DNA of 64,000 bases, taken from NCBI GenBank assembly GCA_963662285.2, contig CAXXMV010000002.1, positions 1,056,001-1,120,000 of the forward strand, read 5' to 3'. Shown here one piece after another: positions 42,049 through 52,200 of this stretch. Numbering within the stretch: position 1 is the stretch's first letter; the number at the start of each line of letters is the position of its first letter. The notes beneath the pieces were generated by a model. The model did no database searches and was not told the origin of the DNA. It was given only the letters and a program-made list of their open reading frames with translations. A program made the position numbers and the translations under genes. Source of the DNA: a bacterium (lineage in GTDB: Bacteria > Hinthialibacterota > Hinthialibacteria > Hinthialibacterales > Hinthialibacteraceae).

Positions 42049-42294
42049 ATGATGAACAACACAGAAATTCTAGCAAAAGTAAAAAAAGTAATTGCCAATG
42101 TCTTAAAATTGAATGAAAACGATATTAAAGATGATGCTAATTTTATCTTTGATCTTGGGGCGGATTCACGGCAGAGTCTCGAACTTGTGGCTGCATTTGA
42201 AGAAGAATTTGACATTGAAATGGATGAAGAGGGCGCTTTGGAAATTCAAACCGTAACCGGCGCCGGTGATTTTATATCCAATATCATAAATTAA
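42049..42294 (+). CDS. Acyl carrier protein (atypical DSR motif)
   Basis: Small acidic protein, DLGADS, ELVAAFEEEFDIE, TV. Confidence 0.88.
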   Translation: MMNNTEILAKVKKVIANVLKLNENDIKDDANFIFDLGADSRQSLELVAAFEEEFDIEMDEEGALEIQTVTGAGDFISNIIN

Positions 42295-42354
42295 TCTTAT
42301 GTTATTACATTCATTTTCATAATTAAACTGCACAATACAACAAAGGGGAGTGAC

Positions 42355-44499
42355 ATGCCGAAGAATACCAAGAATCTATCTACCATATTCTATCCACAAT
42401 CCATTGCTGTTATAGGTACCAATAAAACAAAAGGAACCGTTCCTCATGACATATTCGCCAATTTAATCGAAAGCAATTTTCAAGGAGTAGTTTATCCGGT
42501 TAGTCCGGGCGAAACTTCAGTCGCTTGCGTCAAGGCCTACAAATACATTGTTGATATCCCCGATCCGGTTGATCTGGCTATCCTGGTTTTCCCCAGCTCT
42601 GTTTGTCATCTGGCTTTGGAACAGTGCGGTAAAAAGGGCGTTAAATCAGTTATCATTATTTCAGCCGGATTCAAAGAGGTTGGCGGTAAAGGTCTTGAAC
42701 GGGAAAAACAGCTTAAGCAAATCGCCCAAAAGTATGGTATCTCATTTATTGGTCCGAATTGTTTGGGAGTGATCAACACCGATCCCAAATCACGCTTGAA
42801 TGCTTCTTTCGCCCGTAAAATGCCTGAAGAAGGGAGCATCGGTTTCCTATCCCAAAGCGGCGCCCTCTGTACTGCTGTTTTGGATTACGCCCAATCCAAA
42901 CATATTGGATTCTCTAAATTCGTCAGTTTTGGAAATAAAGCGGATATCAATGAGATCGATCTGCTGTATTACCTGAGAGATGATCCAAAGACCAAAGTTA
43001 TTCTGGTTTATTTAGAAGAAATCAGTGATGGACAGGCTTTAATGAAAGCTGCAAAGGATATTATTTCTCAATCAGGAAAGCCAATTTTGCTGTTGAAATC
43101 CGGCAGGACTGAAGAAGGCGCCGCAGCCGCAGCCTCTCATACCGGTTCTCTTGCCGGCAGTGATATCATTTGCGATGCGGCAATGAAGCAGGCCGGAATA
43201 ATGCGGTGCAATGATATTGAAGAGATGTTTAATCGCGCTATTGCTTTTGCTTATCAACCACTTCCCAAAAGCAATCAGATAGCCATTGTTACTAACGCCG
43301 GTGGTCCAGGCGTTCTGGCGACTGATTCAGCCATCAATTGCGGATTGAAATTGGCCAGTTTTTCTGATGCAACATCAGATTCGTTGCGTAAAAGTTTACC
43401 AACCACCGCCAATACCAAGAATCCCATTGATGTAATCGGTGATGCTCATTCAGACCGTTACAATGCCGCTTTGACCAGCACATTAAAAGATGAAAACGTT
43501 GATGGCGTTTTTGTTATTCTTACTCCACAATCCATGACTGACATAAAAGAAATTGCCCAGGAAATTTGCAATTGCGCAGTGCAATATGAAAAACCGATCT
43601 ATGCTTCATTTATGGGTGAAAACGATGTGGCGGAAGGGATAGATATTTTACAGAGGAACAAGATTCCTCATTATATTCTTCCTGAAAGTATGTGTTCGTC
43701 CTTTACTTCTGCATACGAATTCAATAATCAGTTATCAAATGCATCAGCTGCTGCTCTGGCGCCATGCGAAGGCATCAATACTGACAAGGCTAAAACCATA
43801 TTGAAAAAGGCTGCTCAATCTGGCAAACGTTTCCTGTCAGGCATCGAAGCATTCAAATTATTGGATGCGTATGGTTTGCCGGTAGGAAAGTATGGAATGG
43901 CTAAATCTACGAAAGAAGCAATCGCTGCAGCTGATAAGATTGGTTATCCCGTGGCGATGAAAATAATATCAGAAGATATTGTCCATAAATTCGATGTTCA
44001 GGGAGTGAAACTTAATCTTAATTCATCCAAGGAAGTTGCGGATAGTTATTCGACCATGATGAAAAGTATCTCTGAAAGCCATCCTGACGCCAAATTGGAA
44101 GGAACTCTTATTCAGAAAATGGGTGAAGCAGGAGAAGAAGTTATTCTGGGAATCAAACGGGACCAGACATTCGGCGCTGTAATTCTGTTTGGCCTGGGAG
44201 GGATTTTTGTTGAAATATTCAAAGATGTAAGTTTCAGGATTGCCCCGCTCGATCAGGAGAATATTCGATCAATGATCTCTGAAATCAAAGGCTACCCGAT
44301 TCTTGCCGGAGCTCGGGGGCGCCGCAAGAGAGATATTGCAAGCATTGAAGATTGCCTGCATCGAATATCTCAGTTGGCGATGGATTGTCCTGAAATTCAG
44401 GAGTTAGATATAAATCCCCTCATTATTCATGGAGAAGGCCGAGGCGCATTTGTCGCTGACATAAAAATCCTTATTTCACAGCAGGAAGAGACGCAATAG
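42355..44499 (+). CDS. ADP-forming acetate/acyl-CoA ligase, fused alpha-beta
   Basis: CoA-binding N-terminus (PQSIAVIG, GPNCLG), SQSGAL, phospho-His ASHTGSLAG, TNAGGPG, ATP-grasp (GYPVAMK, HKFD, ELDINP); no GNAT domain. Confidence 0.92.
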   Translation: MPKNTKNLSTIFYPQSIAVIGTNKTKGTVPHDIFANLIESNFQGVVYPVSPGETSVACVKAYKYIVDIPDPVDLAILVFPSSVCHLALEQCGKKGVKSVIIISAGFKEVGGKGLEREKQLKQIAQKYGISFIGPNCLGVINTDPKSRLNASFARKMPEEGSIGFLSQSGALCTAVLDYAQSKHIGFSKFVSFGNKADINEIDLLYYLRDDPKTKVILVYLEEISDGQALMKAAKDIISQSGKPILLLKSGRTEEGAAAAASHTGSLAGSDIICDAAMKQAGIMRCNDIEEMFNRAIAFAYQPLPKSNQIAIVTNAGGPGVLATDSAINCGLKLASFSDATSDSLRKSLPTTANTKNPIDVIGDAHSDRYNAALTSTLKDENVDGVFVILTPQSMTDIKEIAQEICNCAVQYEKPIYASFMGENDVAEGIDILQRNKIPHYILPESMCSSFTSAYEFNNQLSNASAAALAPCEGINTDKAKTILKKAAQSGKRFLSGIEAFKLLDAYGLPVGKYGMAKSTKEAIAAADKIGYPVAMKIISEDIVHKFDVQGVKLNLNSSKEVADSYSTMMKSISESHPDAKLEGTLIQKMGEAGEEVILGIKRDQTFGAVILFGLGGIFVEIFKDVSFRIAPLDQENIRSMISEIKGYPILAGARGRRKRDIASIEDCLHRISQLAMDCPEIQELDINPLIIHGEGRGAFVADIKILISQQEETQ

Positions 44500-44562
44500 T
44501 ACTTGCTAACTTGTAGAAACAAGTAAATATAGCCAAACCCATATCTTAAGGAGATATCGATT

Positions 44563-45369
44563 ATGAGAATTATTATCCACGATAATTATGTGACTTTAAG
44601 CAAATGGATAGCCTGTTACGTCGCCAACCGCATCAATGCTTTTAAGCCCACGGCGGACAAACCATTTGTGCTGGGATTGCCGACCGGTTCATCTCCCATT
44701 GGAACCTATCAGAATCTTGTAGAACTCAACAAACAGGGGAAAGTTTCTTTTCAAAACGTTATAACATTCAATATGGATGAATACGTAAATTTGCCCGAAG
44801 ATCATGACCAAAGTTATCATTATTTCATGTGGCAGCATTTCTTCTCTCATATTGATATAAAAAAAGAAAATATCAATATTCTTGATGGTAACGCGTCAGA
44901 CCTGAAAAAAGAATGTATCAATTACGAGAAAAGAATCAAAAAAGCTGGAGGGATTCAGCTGTTTCTCGGTGGAATCGGCCCGGATGGTCACATTGCTTTT
45001 AACGAGCCAGGTTCATCCTTGACCTCTCGAACCAGAATAAAAACCCTGACCTACGATACCATATTGGCCAATTCCCGGTTTTTCGATAACGACATCGGCA
45101 AGGTTCCCAAGCAAGCGCTAACGGTTGGGGTAGGTACTGTAATGGATTCAGAAGAAGTGTTGATTATTGTAAATGGCTACGGTAAAGCCCATGCCTTGCA
45201 GAAAGCTGTTGAGGATGGCGTAAATCACATGTGGACGGTTTCAGCGCTGCAAATGCATAAGCAATCCATGATCGTGTGTGATGATCCCGCTACTATGGAA
45301 TTAAAAGTCGGCACCGTACGTTATTTCCAATCAATAGAGAAAGATCATCTTGATATTCAACTGATATAA
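44563..45369 (+). CDS. nagB: Glucosamine-6-phosphate deaminase
   Basis: [34 protein letters not shown]. Confidence 0.97.
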   Translation: MRIIIHDNYVTLSKWIACYVANRINAFKPTADKPFVLGLPTGSSPIGTYQNLVELNKQGKVSFQNVITFNMDEYVNLPEDHDQSYHYFMWQHFFSHIDIKKENINILDGNASDLKKECINYEKRIKKAGGIQLFLGGIGPDGHIAFNEPGSSLTSRTRIKTLTYDTILANSRFFDNDIGKVPKQALTVGVGTVMDSEEVLIIVNGYGKAHALQKAVEDGVNHMWTVSALQMHKQSMIVCDDPATMELKVGTVRYFQSIEKDHLDIQLI

Positions 45370-45377
45370 ACTAAATG

Positions 45378-45431
45378 ATACTAGAGTGGTTCGCATACGA
45401 AATAAGTATGTTTTGCGAACCACTCTAGTAT
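45378..45431. repeat. Perfect 18-bp inverted repeat (MITE-end-like palindrome)
   Basis: ATACTAGAGTGGTTCGCA-N18-TGCGAACCACTCTAGTAT; one arm recurs at 54525-54540. Confidence 0.75.
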
Positions 45432-45544
45432 TCTTGTCAACCATAAATGTCGGATAACCAAATCCCCTCTCTCTCCGGGATAGGGCTAGGGTGAGGGGTG
45501 AAATTGAAAACACTTCCCGGCAAAACGAGTTTAACTAACTACTA
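45426..45544 (-). mobile_element. 119-bp MITE-like element, copy 1
   Basis: About 75% identical by hand alignment to 59626-59744; TAGT...ACTA ends; internal CCCTCACCCTAGCCCT..GAGAGGGG hairpin. Confidence 0.8.
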
Positions 45545-45568
45545 TAAATCTCAATTGGATTCAAAATT

Positions 45569-47542
45569 ATGACATATAGAAACCTGACAGAACAAGAAAT
45601 ATCCACCCTTGAATCTCAAGGATGTTTTTGCAGAAATTGGCATGATTGTCTGGTCAAAGAGCCTTTTGATCCCCAATTCATCAGAAACGTATCTTTCCAG
45701 GGCCTAGTCAAAATTGGATCTTTTTATAAAACTGGAAATCTACAGGACGCTTTGGGGTTGCGCCAAAGTTCGATAAGCGATTGCACGCTGGGCAATAACG
45801 TCTGCATTTCGAATGTTTCTCTTTTGAAATCTTATGATGTTGAAGATGACGTCACTATTCGGAATGTTGGAACTCTGGAGGTTGACGGTCCCTGTACATT
45901 TGGTAATGGAACCTCAATTGAAGTTTTGAATGAAGGCGGTGGTCGCACTATCAAGATTTATGATGGTCTTACCGCACAGATCGCATATTTATTGGCGGTA
46001 TATCGTCATCGACCGGCTATGATCAAGCAGTTAAATGTATTGATTGACGATTATGTTCAATCTTGCATCTCCTCAAGAGGAATGATTGGGAAAAGCGCTT
46101 CGCTCATAAATTGTCAAACCTTGAAAAATATCAAAGTTGGGGCTTATTCATCGATTGAAGGCGCTAATCGTTTGGAAAACGGCGCGATTGTCAGTGATGA
46201 GGTAAATCCCGTCCGCATCGGCAACGGCGTTTTCGCCAAGAATTTCATCATCCAAAGTGGTTCGACGGTTGATAGTTCCGCGATTTTAACTGATGTGTTC
46301 GTCGGGCAGGCGGTTAAAATCGGAAAACAGTTTTCGGCAGAGAATTCCGCGTTTTTCGCCAACTGCGAAGGTTTTCATGGCGAAGCATGTTCTATATTCG
46401 CCGGTCCTTATACTGTTACTCATCACAAATCTACGTTGCTGATTGCCGGACTCTTCTCATTTTACAACGCTGGCAGTGGAACCAATCAAAGCAACCATAT
46501 GTATAAACTTGGACCGAACCATCAGGGAATCCTTCAGCGGGGATCAAAAACCGGATCATTCTCATACTTGCTATGGCCCTGCGCAATAGGACCGTTTTCA
46601 GTTGTGATCGGTAAGCATTACGCTAACTTTGACACTACTGATCTGCCCTTTTCTTACCTTAATGAAGAGGATGGCAAAAGCGTTTTGACGCCAGCTATGA
46701 ACCTTCTTACGGTCGGTACGCAACGTGATAGTCAAAAATGGCCTTCACGCGACCGCAGAAAAGGTGAACATAAATTAGATTTGATACACTTTGATCTGTT
46801 TAATCCCTTCACAATCGGGAAAGTGATTAGCGCTGCCCGGATTCTGCAAGATTTGTACGCCAATGCATCCAAAGAGAACGAATACGTTCAATACCAAGGC
46901 GTGCACATCAAGCGTCTATTACTCAAAACCTGCCGTAAATATTATGATATCGCCATCAAGATTTTTGTGGGCGATTGTATGATTGACAGACTTGAAGAAT
47001 TATCCAATCATTCTAGTTTTGAGGATTGGAAGAAAACGCTGCTTACGCAGGATGAACCGGAATCTTTTGAATGGGTGGATATTTGTGGGCTTTTGGCGCC
47101 TGCTTCTTCAATTGAAAAACTCGTTTCTTTAATCGAAGCGCAAGAGATTACTACGGTTGCTGGCGTGACGGATCATCTTCGAACCATTTATGATGAATAC
47201 GACGCAAATAAATGGGATTGGCTGAGCCTGTTAATCGAGAAAATATTCTCAACAAGTATCAATGATTTGTCGAAAGACCAGTTTATTCAAATAGTTAATG
47301 ACTGGAAAACCAACAGTACTAAACTGAATAAAATGGTAATCCAGGACGCCCAGAAAGAATTTGACCAAAATGCCCGCATAGGCTATGGAATTGATGGAGA
47401 TGACGCAATACGGGAACAAGATTTTGATGAAGTACGCGGCAAAGTGGAAACCAATTCTTTTATCAAGGGAATTAATGATGCGATCAATGTAATTGAAGTT
47501 AAATCTTCGAAAGTTATTGAAAAATTGGAACAATTAAATTAG
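45569..47542 (+). CDS. DUF4954-family protein (beta-helix-like N-terminal half)
   Basis: YRNLT.QEI..LESQGC...W, EVLNEGGGR, GEACSIFAGPYTVTHHKSTLLIAG, NAGSGTNQSNHMYKLGP (recognised from memory). Confidence 0.8.
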   Translation: MTYRNLTEQEISTLESQGCFCRNWHDCLVKEPFDPQFIRNVSFQGLVKIGSFYKTGNLQDALGLRQSSISDCTLGNNVCISNVSLLKSYDVEDDVTIRNVGTLEVDGPCTFGNGTSIEVLNEGGGRTIKIYDGLTAQIAYLLAVYRHRPAMIKQLNVLIDDYVQSCISSRGMIGKSASLINCQTLKNIKVGAYSSIEGANRLENGAIVSDEVNPVRIGNGVFAKNFIIQSGSTVDSSAILTDVFVGQAVKIGKQFSAENSAFFANCEGFHGEACSIFAGPYTVTHHKSTLLIAGLFSFYNAGSGTNQSNHMYKLGPNHQGILQRGSKTGSFSYLLWPCAIGPFSVVIGKHYANFDTTDLPFSYLNEEDGKSVLTPAMNLLTVGTQRDSQKWPSRDRRKGEHKLDLIHFDLFNPFTIGKVISAARILQDLYANASKENEYVQYQGVHIKRLLLKTCRKYYDIAIKIFVGDCMIDRLEELSNHSSFEDWKKTLLTQDEPESFEWVDICGLLAPASSIEKLVSLIEAQEITTVAGVTDHLRTIYDEYDANKWDWLSLLIEKIFSTSINDLSKDQFIQIVNDWKTNSTKLNKMVIQDAQKEFDQNARIGYGIDGDDAIREQDFDEVRGKVETNSFIKGINDAINVIEVKSSKVIEKLEQLN

Positions 47543-47553
47543 AACTAACAAAA

Positions 47554-47602
47554 AGAAGGCGCATTAGAGTGGTTTTCTTAGTAACATTCTGATGCGCCTT
47601 CT
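47554..47602. terminator. Terminator-like hairpin after the DUF4954 gene
   Basis: AGAAGGCGCATTAGAGTG / CATTCTGATGCGCCTTCT stem, A-rich before and ATTTCTT after. Confidence 0.65.
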
Positions 47603-47719
47603 ATTTCTTGACCGCATGAAATCTCAAATATTCATTTCACCCCCGCAAATTACCTTTTATCATAAACCTATAATATTCAAATGATTATGCTGAATAATAG
47701 GCGTGTCCCGTTTTTTAGA

Positions 47720-47755
47720 TGGAAATTATTTTGATTTTTATCAAAATAATTTCCA
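47720..47755. promoter_or_regulatory. Perfect 16-bp AT-rich palindrome upstream of the sigma gene
   Basis: TGGAAATTATTTTGAT-TTTT-ATCAAAATAATTTCCA. Confidence 0.5.
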
Positions 47756-47844
47756 ACTTTTATATAAATGTCAGCACTACTATATAAGAGCATTTTTTAT
47801 TGATTTGCAGATAGAGCCTTTAATGAGAGATAGGAGATGGGAAA

Positions 47845-48675
47845 ATGTCATTTGAAGGTATTTCCATCAAAAAACTACTCCAAGGAATCGATCACAAGCC
47901 GTTGGCGCCATCTGAAGAAAAAAAGTTATTAGCGCTTTCACTAAAAGGCGATCCATCAGCCCGTGACCGGCTGGTTGAAGCGAATCAACGTTTTGTGATT
48001 CGCATGGCTATCTCATACAGGAACCAGGGTTTGACTCTGTCAGACTTGATCCAGGAAGGCAATCTGGGTCTTATCGAAGCCATAGACCGTTTCGATCCTG
48101 AAAAGCAATGCCGCCTGATATCATACGCCGCATGGTGGATCAGGCTCTATATGCAACGTGCGATTGAACAGAAATCACGCACCGTTACTATACCGATAAA
48201 TAAAGTAAGTACGCTCAAAAAGATCAAGAATTTTGAATATGGCTTCGTCAAAAGCAACGGACGGAAACCATCTTATCATGAAATTGCCGAAGCGATCGAT
48301 ATGGATGAAAGTAAGGTTGAATATATATATAACCTGGGAACATCCACCATTTCGATTTATGTGGAAGATGAAGACGGACAAACCATAGAAGATAAACTCG
48401 AAGTTAACGATGCTGAACCGTTACGCGATAAGGTATGGCTTAGCGAATTAACCAGCCGCATCTTAAAAGCGCTTAATCTACTGACTCCAAAAGAGCAGGA
48501 TGTGCTGCGCTGCCGCTTCGGTTTAGATACAGGCGATCCGGCAAGTCTCAGGCAGGCTGGCAGAAGACTCGGTTTGTCGGCGGAAGGCGTAAGACAGATA
48601 CAGGCGCAAGCATTGAAAAAATTGAAAGATCCAGAATTTGAATCAGGATTACATATATTTGCGCAAGCGATGTAA
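47845..48675 (+). CDS. Alternative sigma-70 family factor (no region 1.1)
   Basis: DLIQEGNLGLIEAIDRFDP, SYAAWWIR, region 4 LGLSAEGVRQIQAQALKKLK; RBS AGGAG. Confidence 0.92.
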   Translation: MSFEGISIKKLLQGIDHKPLAPSEEKKLLALSLKGDPSARDRLVEANQRFVIRMAISYRNQGLTLSDLIQEGNLGLIEAIDRFDPEKQCRLISYAAWWIRLYMQRAIEQKSRTVTIPINKVSTLKKIKNFEYGFVKSNGRKPSYHEIAEAIDMDESKVEYIYNLGTSTISIYVEDEDGQTIEDKLEVNDAEPLRDKVWLSELTSRILKALNLLTPKEQDVLRCRFGLDTGDPASLRQAGRRLGLSAEGVRQIQAQALKKLKDPEFESGLHIFAQAM

Positions 48676-48794
48676 CGTATTGTTTTTACTTGGATTGAGA
48701 TTGTTGTTCGATTCTTGAAGACGTTATATAAAAAATAATAAAAATAGGCAAAAAACTAGCCAAGGATTAAGTATGTAAGAATAAGTACATAAAA

Positions 48795-48863
48795 CTGCAC
48801 AACCTCCCCAACCGTTGATTCAAGATTTCGATCCCCTCGAGTTTTGCTTCAGCGGTTTTTTTT
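48795..48863 (+). ncRNA. Candidate small RNA / structured terminator
   Basis: CCTCCCC, then long stem AACCGTTGA..CAAGATTTCGA-TCCCC-TCGAGTTTTG..TCAGCGG and T8; 5' end uncertain. Confidence 0.4.
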
Positions 48864-48894
48864 GTTTAAAACGATACTGAAAAATAATAATTTC

Positions 48895-48933
48895 CCGCAA
48901 TATGTTCCCGTAATATGTTACCGCAATATCTTG
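48895..48933. repeat. Three tandem 13-mers
   Basis: CCGCAATATGTTC / CCGTAATATGTTA / CCGCAATATCTTG. Confidence 0.75.
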
Positions 48934-49076
48934 TGTATTTTTGTATGTTATCTACTTTATAGTGTTATTTTGAGGTTTTTATGGAGTGGTTTTAAACTTT
49001 TTTTGCCTGTGAATATCCTGTATATCTCAAATTATCTAAGCAGTGATTAATCAACAATTAACTTAACCATAATTTA

Positions 49077-49160
49077 ATACTATATCTTGTGTATGAGTTG
49101 TGGATTAACCACTTTATGCTGTTTTTTTCTGTTGACAGAAGCATATAGCTGGATTATAGT
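49077..49160 (+). promoter_or_regulatory. smc promoter with tandem NrdR-like boxes and a DnaA-like box
   Basis: ATACTATATCTTGTGT (49077) and CCACTTTATGCTGTTT (49109), 32 bp apart; TGTGGATTA (49099); TTGACA (49132)-17 nt-TATAGT (49155). Confidence 0.6.
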
Positions 49161-49268
49161 TTCCCCTATTACGGTGCATAAGAGCCGTATTCTTGTTGCA
49201 TGATTTCTTTATTTTTTATATTTTTTTTATTAGGCAAAAAGATCAGGGCTTAAAGCGAGAGGTTTTTT

Positions 49269-52200
49269 ATGTATCTTAGAAAACTGTCTGTTGTTGGATT
49301 TAAATCATTTGCGAACTCGATTGAAATTGATTTCGATCAGGGCGTAACAGGAGTCGTCGGACCCAATGGATGTGGTAAGTCTAATGTGTCCGATGCGATT
49401 CGCTGGGTATTGGGAGAACAGAGTCCAAGACGTCTGCGCGGCGGGATCATGCAGGACATGATCTTCAACGGAACCGCCTCCCGTGGCGCGGCGGGTCTGG
49501 CGGAGGTATCGCTTCTTTTCGATAATTCTGATGGTCTGCTGCCTGTTTCATACCAGGAAGTTGAGATAACTCGCCGATTGCACCGTAGCGGCGAAAGCGA
49601 ATATCTAATCAATAACACCAAATGCCGGTTGAAAGATGTAACGGATCTTTTTCTCGATTCGGGAATCGGTACAAACTCCTATTCATTGATGGAGCAAGGG
49701 CGCGTTGATATGATCGTCAACGCCAAACCCACCCAACGCCGTGAACTACTGGAAGAAGCGGCGGGCGTATCCCGTTTTCTGCATCGCAGGCAGGAAGCCT
49801 TGAGGAAATTGGATCGTACCGATCAGGACCTGACTCGAATCAATGATATTTTTTCGGAATTACAGCGCCAGCGCAGATCGCTGGAAAGGCAGGCGAGTCA
49901 AGCTAATTTGGCGAGAAAATATCGCTTGGAGTTGCAGCGCGTTGAATATGCGATGCATATTCGAGGTGGAAAAGTATTATTCGCATCAATGGAAGAAAAG
50001 ACAAACCGCTTAAAAGGTTTGATAGCCCGTCTGGAAACGCTGGAAGGGCAATTGAGTGAAGTCCGGCAACGTAAGCGCAATCTGTCGCAACGTATGCAGG
50101 AACAGGATGAGTTGAACCGCAAACAACGCGACGCCTATGCAACTTCATCCGCTCGTTTGGAACAGATGGAACATAACCTTAAAACAATGGGCGACCGCCT
50201 GAGTGAATATACTCAGCTTCGTACGCGCTTGTTGGGTGAATGCAAAGAAGATAGCAAGCGTAGTGAAGAAGAGCAGCAACGGATTGTTAATACTAAAAAG
50301 CAGATTGAGCAGATTCATGAAGAAAGCGCAATTTTGCGTAATAAATTAGAAGAACTTAATGAAGAACTTAACAAGATAAATCGCGATTTCGCCGAATTCG
50401 AAAGCGAAGGCGAACAACAGCGTAAAACCTTTCTTAATCTGGAGCATGAAATAACCGGAGTCAAGAATCAACAACGCGTGTGGGATCGTGACCGCGAGTT
50501 CTATATTTCCCGTCTAAACCAAAGGAAAAAAGAACTGGGCGAAATAGAGAATGAGTTTACCACTCTTGCTAAAAGAAAAGATGAACTGCAACAGGAAGGC
50601 TTGGAACTAGAAGAGACTCTGGCCGAAACCCGTTTAAGACAAGAAGACATCTCGCAGAAATTAAACGAACTTTCCCAGTCGGAAACCAATGTTAAAAAAG
50701 AGTTGCAAACAGCCGAGCGTCAATGGCAGCAAGCCAATTCCCGGCTGGAGTCGCTACAGCAGTTGCAAGCCAATCTGGCTGGCTTCGATGAAGGCGTTCG
50801 TTTTCTGTTGCGCGGTCAAAATGATAAGCCCAATGACCTGGTTTGCACCCTGGCGGAACGTATCCAGGTGGAGGCGGGATTTGAAAAAGCTATAGAAACA
50901 GCGTTGGCTGGAAAACTGCAAGCCGTGGTCGCCCGAAACGACGGCGCCGTTTTGGAAGCTGTGCGACGGCTGCGTGATGGAAAAAAAGGGCGGGTATCCT
51001 TCTTCCCGAAATCTGAAGAACAGTTTACTGCTGATACTCAAGCAAAACCTGAGCAGCTGGCTCTATTGCAGAGCGCCGGGGCCGTGGTTAATTGTGAATC
51101 TGATATTAAACCTATCCTGGATCGTTTGTTGAATCAGGTTTATCTGATCAATACGCTGGATGAAGCGCTTCCCTTAAGAAAATTTCTCCCCACTGGCGCC
51201 AGTATGGTGACGCGCGATGGTGATGTAGTTGATTTCAATGGATGCATTACTGGCGGCAATAATGCCGGATCGCAAATTCTGAGCCGGACGACTGAAATAT
51301 TAAAACTGGAAAGCGAAGTTAGAGAACTGAAAGAAGTCCGTTCTCAGTTTGAAATCAAGATAAATGAAGTTCGTCAATCGCTTGTTGAAATAACCAAAGA
51401 AAGAGACGTGCTGCGCCAAACGCGCATGGATATTGAAAACCGTTGCCGATTGGCCAAAGATGAACTGCAACGCTCAGATAAACGGTTGCAGAATCTGGAA
51501 CAGTCATGTAAATCAATCAAAGCTGAATGTGACAGTCTTACTCAAGAATTAGACAAAGGCGCTCAGGATGCTGAAGAGCGCGCTCTCATTTTGGAAGGAC
51601 TTGAAGAAAAACGGACCACTCTGGAGGCTACGCTTAACGCCTGGACGGAACAGATGAAACTGGTTCGAGAGAAGCGAAAGACATTGGCTGACCGAGTGGC
51701 CGATCATCGTATGATTTTGTTGGAAAAAGATAAAGATCGTGAACGATGGTTGGGTGATGTGGAAACGCTATCGCGACATCTGCGTGAACTGGAACGCGGG
51801 ATTGATGAAAAACGACGTTTAGCGGAACAGCAGGAAGAGAAGCGCGTTGAAACCGCAAAAGCTTTAGAAGAGACCAAAGATTCTATTATTAAAGTCCGGG
51901 AAGAGCGTGACTTGGTTTGGAAAGAGGTTCGATCTGGAGAAGAGACGACTCAAGGCATCCGCTCTGAAATCAACAAAATCGAAGGTGAAGAAACCAGTTT
52001 GATGAATAACTTCGAAAAGCTTCGTTACGAGCGCGAGGCTGCGGATCAGGAACGATTGAAACTTGAGGTTGAAGAAGAATATTGGCGTAAGAAACTGGAT
52101 GAATCGTACGCAACGTTGGAAGATAAAGAAGAGTGTGAACGGGATCAACGCAACGATGAAGAACTGAATGAGAAAATAGAATTCTACCGGCGGCGCATTT

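Noticed and set aside
47564-47573. TAGAGTGGTT as a third copy of the 45378 palindrome arm
   Set aside because: Match is only 10 nt and sits within the stem-loop of a terminator-like hairpin.
48895-48933. CRISPR array or iteron set
   Set aside because: Repeats are 13 bp, directly adjacent with no spacers; no cas or rep gene in the window.
48844-49050. 68-aa ORF upstream of smc
   Set aside because: Low-complexity AT-rich translation overlapping the terminator and repeat motifs; no RBS.
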